A stretch of DNA of 63,615 nt, filler included, from Reclinomonas americana ATCC 50394 (Eukaryota): the NCBI GenBank assembly GCA_048213135.1. It is 20 parts of 20 records of this genome, joined end to end, with 100 filler letters (N's around TTAATTAATTAA, not from the genome) between each part and the next. Parts side by side here need not be neighbours in the genome. Positions count along the whole stretch, not along the records: positions 52,864 to 63,615 come from AFZH01020580.1; 19 more parts are not named here. The stretch is one strand, 5' to 3'. The translations under genes were made by a program, and so were the position numbers. The notes beneath the pieces are model-generated. The model was given only the letters and a program-made list of their open reading frames with translations. It was not told where the DNA came from and searched no databases. Positions within the stretch are counted from its first letter, which is position 1; every line of letters begins with the position of its first letter. Positions 55,473-63,615 of the stretch are shown piece by piece.

Positions 55473-58361
55473 TTGTCATATTGACAGGTTAGGCGCCATT
55501 GCTGACACCCGAGCACACGTACGCACATACTTGCTTGCGCTGGTGATACAGAGACGCAACAGTTTCATTGCATGGAATACAAGAGATTTCGAGAGTGCGC
55601 AAGGTCTCAGGGTTGAGTTCGACGCCGTTGTTTTCGCCTGAGGAGACTCCTACGTACACGCATAAGGAGAGACAGAGATAAAGAGAGTCTCATGGACATA
55701 GAAGAACCCCACAATGTCACCTGCGCACACGCATGTATGCATAGTGAGTGAGAAAGAGAGCGCGCGACACGAGTGGAGATCGCTGAGTTGATGGATATTG
55801 GCACAGAGATGACAGAGTGAGTGGGACATCGCGTGAGGCCACGCTACACTCGTGCGCGCGCGGGGAGCCACAGACTGCCAGAGAGATTAGAAGCTTCACC
55901 GGCGAGATCTGCGCACTCGGAAACAAAGAGTGAGATAGATAGACAGAGTCAGAAACGTCTCGACTGTGAGGCTCCTTTTTGTGACCTGAATGCACGCGCA
56001 CAATCGCACGCAACAGGTGAGAGAGAGAGAGAAATCGACATGCTATGCACCGAATAAATCACTTGAGGGGCGCGCACGCAAGAGTGGAAAGGGAGAAAGT
56101 TATAGACAAAGACACTGAGCAGCTGACATCTCTCAGGCGAACAAGGCTCTTCCGTCGACTGAGCTCACAGCTTTGCCTTTTCCTTTCCCCCCGTCCCCCT
56201 TCCCATTCACCTCGCAGCTGGGAGCGGCACCCGGGAGAGGCCACTTCGCTCTTCAACTTGTTCGACCAGAATCGCGATGGTGTGCTGACATTCCGCGAGC
56301 TCATGACCGCGCTGGCGTTGCTGTTGGACGGGTCGTTCACCGACAAGCTGCAAGGTTTCTCATCTCTTGTTTCACTTCCCCCTGCTCCTTTTTTGAAGCT
56401 TTTTTTCTTTCGCAGTCGTTTTCCAGGCCTACGACCGTGACAAGAGCGGGTTCATCGATAAGGCGGAGTTGGCAGCGCTGGTGCAGACGGTGAACAGTGT
56501 CGGTGTGCGGTCGTCGATGGCGTCGGACACAGATAGTGTGTTTGAGGTGAGCGGGGAGGTGAAGGGTGAGGGGAAGAAGACGAATCCAAGATGGGTTGGC
56601 GGGAGGAGAGTGGACAAGTAAGGCTGAACGGAGAGACTTCGATTGCTGAGGATCACGAACAGATTGAATAGAATTCGTAGTGAGGCAAGAGATGAGCATC
56701 CTTGCAGCTTGTCGGTGAACGACCCGTCAGTTTAGAGTCTGCTGGTGTCTTCAGTGCATCTCACCCGCGATATGTCGCAGAACATTGATATCAACAACGA
56801 CGGCAAGATCAGGTGAGGCGCAAGATTCGCCAGCAGTGGCTTCTCGTGTCTGACCTGCTTGCCGCAGCTACGACGAACTCGTGCAGTGGGCGTACCTGGA
56901 GCCGGCCATCATCGAGGCCTTTTCCATCCACAAGAAGGTGCAGCGCACCAAGGCGGCGTCGGCGCGGCGAAATGTTAACAAGCGCGCGTCGGCGGCAGCT
57001 GCGGCGTCGGTGTGTACGAGCACCGCGACAGAAAGACAGCTGGTCCATGATAGTTTTCCTCGTCCTCCTCACTCGCTTGATTCACTTATCTTAGTCTGTC
57101 ACTCTCTCTCACTCTCTGTCTCTCTGTCTCTTCTCTCGTTTTCTCAACTTGTCTTTATCGTTGCGTCCTCTTCGTCTTTCTCTTTTTGTTCCTCTTTTCT
57201 CTCTCTATTTTCATCTTCCTGTTCCTCTTTCTTCCCTCTGCTTAATTTTTCTCTCTCGCACCATCTTTCTCCTGCCTCCTTATCGTCCTCTCCTTCTCTC
57301 TCTCCTCCCTCTCCTCCATCTCTCATGTTTCAGTTCCGCTTCCTGCTGCCCACCTCACCGAGGTGCTATTTTTCCTCTCCCTCTCCCTCTCCCTCTTCCT
57401 CTTCCACTTCCTCGTCCTCTTCCTCTTCTTCTGTCCCTCTGCTTGTTCGTGTTCCTGTTCTTCTCCTGCTTCGTCCTGTTCCTGTCTTCGCTGCCTCCTC
57501 CTGTACCTTTCCTACTCCTATTTTCCTTCCTGTCCCTGTTCATGTTTCTGTTGCTCCTACTCTTCCTCTTCGTTTCTCGTCCTCTTCTCTTCCCTCTTCT
57601 CTTTCACTTCCGTTCCGGGTTCTCTTCCTCCTCTCCATCTGTTCTTCTTTGCTTTCCCCATCCTATTCCAGTTCCTGTTCCATTTGCTCCTCCTCTCCAG
57701 CTTATGTTCTTCCTCTTCTTGTTCCTCTTTGTCTTTCACTTTCTTGTGTCTTCTCCTTTTATCCTCATCCTTTCCTCTTGCTCTCTCTCTCTCTTTCCTT
57801 TCCTGTTCCTCTCTTCCTATTCCTCGCTTCTCCCCCTCCTCCTGCTCCTCTTCGTTTCTCGTCCTATCCTTCCTACCTCTTCCCTTTCGCTTTCTCTATC
57901 TCCTCCTCTTCCCGTTCGCTTTCCCTTTCTCTTCTATTCCTCTTCCTCTCTTTACACTTCCCCCTTCCCCTCTTCCCACAGAATTCACAGCCAACAGCCA
58001 CGGCCGCCGCTCCTGTTGCTGCTACAACTGCCGGTGCCATGGTGGTGTCGGCAGACGACGTGCACCTGCAGGCGCCGGCTGGCGATTTCGACGACGAGGA
58101 TGCAAGTGCGTTCTCTTCTCCTCTACTTCCTGCTCGCCGTCTCACCTTCTCCCCTTTGCAGTCGACTCGGCCAACTACCCCACGCTGCACCTGTTTGACC
58201 CGCAGTCGGCGCCGCAGAGTGCAAAGAGCCGCGCCACGGCGACGTCGACCTCGCGCAGTGCTGGCGCGGCGGCGGGAGCAGGTGGCAAGGCCACGAGCGA
58301 GCGGACACCGCTGCAGGCGAGCGGGCAGACGGCGGATGCGCGGTGCTGTGTGGTTCTGTGA
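52555..58361 (+). CDS. TBC (Rab-GAP) domain protein fused to an NCS/calcineurin-B-like EF-hand module, C-terminal CCVVL prenylation motif
   Basis: Probable first exon MIDTLGF (52555-52640). TBC C-half from 54206: LLARFHPELHRHL..FSMPWFITLFCTSLPAETTARIWDLLFLHGSRIIFKCSLALL. Then STGFTAAELRRLREEF, LFNLFDQNRDGVLTFRELMTAL..GSFTDKLQ..FQAYDRDKSGFIDKAEL and IDINNDGKISYDE; ends ARCCVVL*. The catalytic TBC fingers are not visible (gap). Confidence 0.85.
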
Positions 58362-58842
58362 TAGGAAAGGGAAGTGGAATGAAGGGGAGCATAGTTGGTG
58401 TGATGTCTTGGGTCGATGATGGATGGTGAGAAGACAAACAAGCTTGCTGGTGTTTGTATCAGCGAGTTTTTTCGCAATGACAACGCTCGTCACGGGAGTG
58501 CAGTTTCGTGTTGCGACTTCCCCCTTTGCCGCGCAGACTAAAGGATGGCAAGTACATCTCCTCGGTGACGAAGCACGTAAGAATTCGTGTCCCACGATTG
58601 CCTTATGTGACGGGCCGTGACGGATTTGCTGCTGCTGCTTTGAGCAGAAGTGAGCTTGTGTGTTCTCTGCTGCTCTCTGTCAGCGTCATTCCTCGCTTCG
58701 TGTGTGTGCAAGGGAGAAAGGAGATAAGGAGGAAGAAGGAGAGAGAGTTGTTGAATTTCTCCGCTTCTTATTGTGCCAGAGAGAGCGTGTCATTCTATCT
58801 GTCAGTGTGCTTTTGTTGTTCTTCTTGTTGTGCCGCATCATC

Positions 58843-61800
58843 ATGGCGAGTGGGAGTGGAGTGCCGCGTGAGTTGCGTGTCTCTCTCTCATTGTGTTGTT
58901 GTCAGATGCATCATCGTCATCATTCTCACATTGTGTGATTAGTTCTCTCTCTCCTTTCTCGCGCAGTCATCATCACGATGGTGTTCCTGGCGATGAAGAA
59001 TGCGCAATCCGTCTTGTCAAGGGACTGTCTCGTCCGTGCACCCGCGCTCTGCAATCCAAACTTGAGCAAGTGCTGCCGGCGTTTCTCGATTCGTATCCTG
59101 GTGTGAATTATGTCGATGAGTGGTGCAAGCCGCCGAGTGAGCGTGATGTGCGGTGAGTGTATGTGGGGAAAGGGGAAGCACGCGATGGCAAGATGCAGAT
59201 GGAAGAGAAGAGAAAAGATTGCCACAAGCAGTGGCAGCTGGTGATGCACAGGTTATCCCTGTCTCCCCATTCTCACCCTCTTCTTTGTCTCACCACACGA
59301 TTCCAAATTTTATCCCAATGAACTCCTCTCTTTCTTGTCACACACATTCCCTCACTCACCACCATCCTCATTTCTTTGTCGCCCTTCCCCACATGCAGCA
59401 CCATGCCAGTCGGATTGGACATGTGTGCCCAGTTGAACGAGAAGGAGCGGCAGACGGTGCGCGAATGGCGTCAGCGAGGCCAGCTGCATGACTGCAGTTC
59501 GTTTGATGCGATGCTGTGCTGTTCGATCTTGCTGCTGGCGGGTCATCGAGAGCACCCGAGAGACGAGCCGGATCGTCTGATTCCCGCGGGCGATGTGGTG
59601 CGTGTGTGGGAATGAGAAGGGGATGGGAAGAAGGAAGAGTGGGATCTCTCTCTCTCTCTCTCTCTGCGTGATTGTGTCTCTCACTCTTTGATTGTCACAG
59701 CGCAATGCAATTGAGCGACTGCGGGAGGTGTTTGAGCAAGCGAGTCCCGCACGAGCTCGTGCACTCTTTGTGCCTCTGCTTGGTGACGGAGGAGGAGGAG
59801 AGGGCGAACTGCATCAGCTTGTGCGACGACTGCAGATTGGCAGGGATGTGGAGGAGGAATTGGTGGTGCAGCTGAACGAGGCTCGTGATGGTGAGTGGGA
59901 TGAGAGAGATGGCTGGTGCTTGTGTGTCTGGATGATTTGGTTGAATGTGGAAGCTGATGCTGTCTTGATTGTGTGTGAATGCAGGTGCACTGAGTGAAGC
60001 AGACCACGCATCGATAGCGGCCAATGTGGAGCAAGTTGTGTGGATTTGCATGAGGGGGCGGGCAATTGAAGATGGCTCATTGTTTCTCACTTTCTTGTGA
60101 TGGATCAGATGCGGATGGAAATGCACCATCGTCTTGACGCAGTGACCATCTCGCCCTCTTCTCCCTCAGCTGCTGGTGTGTTCCATGATAGACCTGCATT
60201 CGAATGTGCATTGCTGTGCTCACTCCTCTCTGTGCCACACAGCACCAGACAGCAGTCGCCCACCCAAGACACCTCTCATCACCCGCACCGTCAATCCAGT
60301 GACCACATTCCGCTTCCCGAGTCGACGTGCACTGGCTTCGTCACTCGCCGGGCGCATTGTGGATGCTTTGGAAGGTTGGATGTTCCTTCTCTTCCTCCCT
60401 TCCTTCTTCCACATTCATGTGTCTCATCGTGTTGTCTGGTGCTGATGATTCTTGCGCAGCACACCGTCCAATCATGGTGGTGCTGACGGGCGATGGTGGC
60501 ACTGGCAAGTCGTTCCTTGCTGAGCTGCTGGTGACTGAGTTGCTGGCGACTCGTCGATGGAAGGGATCAGCCATGTCGGTGGAGATGCGTGGTCATGTGG
60601 GTGATGCGAGGGAGCATGTGAAGGTGTGTTGAGGAACATGCATGTTTTCTTTCATGATGCTGTCATTCCGACTCTTTCTCCATGCCAAATGCTGCAGGCG
60701 GAGAGTGCTCTGGGTGAGTGTCTGCGTGCCTTTGTGACGGCGCAGATGCGAGTGGATGAAGTGGAGGGACGAATGATGGCGGGCCAGGTGGATGCTCTGC
60801 TGGCGAGTGGCGAGGTGGAGCCAGCACGTCGTCTTCTGCGACAGTTGATGCATGCATCGAGTGGAGTGATGGTGCTGGACAATGTGGGATCATCGGAGCA
60901 AGTGAGGAGTGTTGTTCAGTGTGCTGATGAGGGTGCGTGTGTCGTGAGTGAGAATTCTCATACTTGCTTGGATGTTGGATCCTGACTTGATGTGCATCAT
61001 GTGCGTGCCTTTGTGCAGGTGGCCTGGTGGCACCGATTGTTGTGGTGACCAGTCGATATGAACGAGTGGCAGATGAGATTCGGGACTCGATGATGCACGA
61101 GGCGGAGGTGGAGTGTGTGCGATTGGAGAATGTGGAGAACGAGGACATTGTGCAGCTGGTGGAGGAGCGACTACGCCACAAGGTGTCAGGAGATGTGCGA
61201 CGACGAATTGTGGAGGCGCTGGAGAGTGGACAGCAGGAGAAGAGTGCACTGCGAGTGAGTGCTTGTGTTGGGTGAGTGATTGTGATCGTGTGAGTGGCGC
61301 GGATTAGAAGACTCACTCTTCTCTCTTTCTCTTCTTCATCATGCAGCTGGTTGCTGTCACGGTCAGCAGCACAGCTGGTGGGCGCGCGACTGGAGGAAGT
61401 GCTGAGTGGCATTGGTGGCGATGCGCTGTCGCAGCTGCTGGAACGGAATGTGATGTCGCAGACAGCAGCAGCGCGTCGTCTGTTGGTGCTGATCACGGCG
61501 TGCAAGGAGCTCGGCGTGCCGGTGACAGTGGCACTTGCGCGAGTAGCTCTGGGTGTGTTGCGAGTGATACCCGATGTGGCGGTGGTTGTGGATGGTGATG
61601 GTGATGCAGATGAGGAGGCGGCAAGTCGACTGGTGGAGTTGGGTCAATGTGCGCGTCGACTGCGACTGCATGAGCTGGCGCAGGAGAGGCGATGGCGTGC
61701 ACCCGAGGTGGTGGGTGAGCGACTGCAGTGTGACGAGATGAGTGTGGTAGAGGAGCAGCGAATGCGTGCGCGGCGTGATGAGTTGGTGGGTGTTGGTGGT

Positions 61801-63153
61801 AACGAAGTGGAGGATGTGCTAGAGGGTCTGTGTATGTCGAATCTGGTGACGGTCGGTGCCAGTGGCTGCATGGACAGTGTTGCGCGTGTGTTGTGCGGTG
61901 AGCAAGTGAGGGAGAGCAACGTGGCGTTGGAGTATCGAGTGCACGATGAGATTGCTGCGTGGATTGTGGGACGGTGTGGGGATGCTGTGTCACGGACGCA
62001 GCAACTGATCGTGCGACTGGTGTGTTGTGTACTGAGTGGCATCGATCGAAATGACAGTGACGGTGCGCTGCTGGTGTCGCGTGACTTGCTTGGTGTGCTA
62101 CACTCGGTGTGGCGACGGTTGGGTGACGATGATGGTATGTGGACGAGAGATGGTGTTGGTGTGAATGGACTGCTGGTGCAGTGTCGGGCTGTGGAGTGGA
62201 TTGGTGAGCAGTGTGTCGCAGGAAGGCTGCCGTCGGTCGGTTTCGACGACGCAAAGGCCTCCTCACTCGTGCGACGCGTTACGGAGTGTGTACAACATGC
62301 AGATGGTGATGTTGAAATGGGTTCAGTGCGACGACGGATTGCCGTTGTGGTGGCAAAGAGTCAAGCGTGGTTCTTTGAGCTGCTTCGTCAGGCTGGTGAT
62401 TGCAGTGCTGCGTGGCGGCAGGCATGGCGCTTGATGGAGCGGGAGAGAGATGGCAGTGGCGAGATGACTGTGTTGGATGGGATGGACGCATTCCGTTGCT
62501 TGATGTGGTTTGCTTACGACTCAAGCAACTTGCCTCTGCTGGTGCATTGTCATAAGCGGCAGTGTGCAGCGTTGGGTGAGAGTCATCCAGACTCGCTGGC
62601 GACTCTGCATTGGCAGGGCATGCACCTAAACGCTGAGGCACTCTTCCGACAGTGCTGGGAGATGCGCCGACGGGTTCTTGGAGCTGAGCATCCAGACACG
62701 TTGGCGTCACTGAGTAATGTCGCCCATTGCATTGATGATGACAGTCGTCTGGAGGAGGTGATTCAACTGAACAGCGAATGCTTGCAGCTGACAAGAGCAT
62801 CACTGGGTGATCGGCATCCAGACACTCTCGCTTCGATGAACAATCTCGCTGGTTCTCTCACCAATCGAGGCACACCAGAATCACTAGCCGAAGCTGCTGA
62901 TATGTACCGTCAGTGCTTGGCGGGAGAACGAGAATTGTTGGGTGACAGACATGAGTACACTCTGAAGACGATGTACAACCACGGCATTGTGCTCACGAAG
63001 CAGCAGCAATGGGCCGAGGCAGAGGCGCTGCTGATGGAGTGTGCGGATAGTCGGCGAGCGGTGTTGGGTGAAGATGATCCGAAGACTGTGAGTGCCATCA
63101 AGTGTTTGGAGGAGTGTCGACGACGTGCAAGACTGGCCGACGCGTTGTTGTGA
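58843..63153 (+). CDS. NLR-like STAND protein, copy B (paralogue of 13312-17708), no CaaX
   Basis: Same exon structure, identical Walker A (GDGGTGKS), Walker B VMVLDNV, VVVTSR and TPR repeats; ends RRRARLADALL*. Nucleotide similarity to copy A includes introns and ~220 bp upstream (58620 vs 13085). Confidence 0.82.
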
Positions 63154-63615
63154 AAAAATAGAGCTGCTCATTCATTCCTCGACCTGGATAGATGGTCAAA
63201 GCATGCACCTGAGTAAAAGACAAGAAAGGAAGAATGCTCAGCAGTGCAGCAAATCAGGAGCTGGGTACCGGTGCACATGAGAAACACGTCGCAGCAAGTG
63301 GAATACAGGGCCTAGAACAGAGACAAGAATGACAGAGGAATACAGCGAACAGCACAGAGAATACACAGCAAAAGCGCAAGTCGCCGGCTGTCACACAAAA
63401 CGTCGCGCATGCTGTGCATGCAATCAATCCGTGTTCGGGACATGAACAGGACTTCAGCACTTTCCGTCTTGCACGCACGCAAGCACACTCACTCCCTCAG
63501 CAACAGCACTCATGGCAGCAGGATCAGGCTCAGCACCAGTGGACGAAGTGAGCGCGGCTTTCCAAGAGGACGGAGAAGATGATGGGTGAGTGGAGAGAGA
63601 GAGAGAGAGAGAGAG

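Noticed and set aside
58620..63153. Second NLR copy as an assembly duplicate or allele of the first
   Set aside because: Many substitutions, indels, a different C-terminus and unrelated flanks indicate a true paralogue.
63170..63615. Possible terminal exons of a minus-strand gene at the window edge
   Set aside because: Splice-like signals exist, but no frame or family could be fixed.

Overview
Eukaryotic (protist-like), gene-dense and very intron-rich genomic scaffold using the standard genetic code. It is broken by 19 artificial 100-nt gap spacers (N-run, TTAATTAATTAA, N-run), mostly inside low-complexity introns. Most long ORFs in the six-frame track are artefacts of CT/GA microsatellites. 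Genes traced by hand-splicing: a KICS2/C12orf66 homologue with a large insertion; Gemin7; a WD40 plus helical orphan; two paralogous NLR-like genes (possible HEPN-like N-terminus, NB-ARC-type STAND NTPase, TPR), one ending in a polybasic CaaX box; a single-polypeptide fusion of a plant-type beta-oxidation multifunctional protein with 3-ketoacyl-CoA thiolase; a ~21-kb minus-strand gene for a giant Cys-rich type I membrane protein; ankyrin and BIR exons; and a TBC Rab-GAP fused to an NCS-type EF-hand module with a CaaX box. The most striking non-gene signal is a frequent class of 5' splice sites, H|GTTG(C/A)GT: the usual GTG(C/A)GT donor shifted by one base. About 19 cases are supported by reading-frame continuity. 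All family assignments come from motif recognition; no database search was run.
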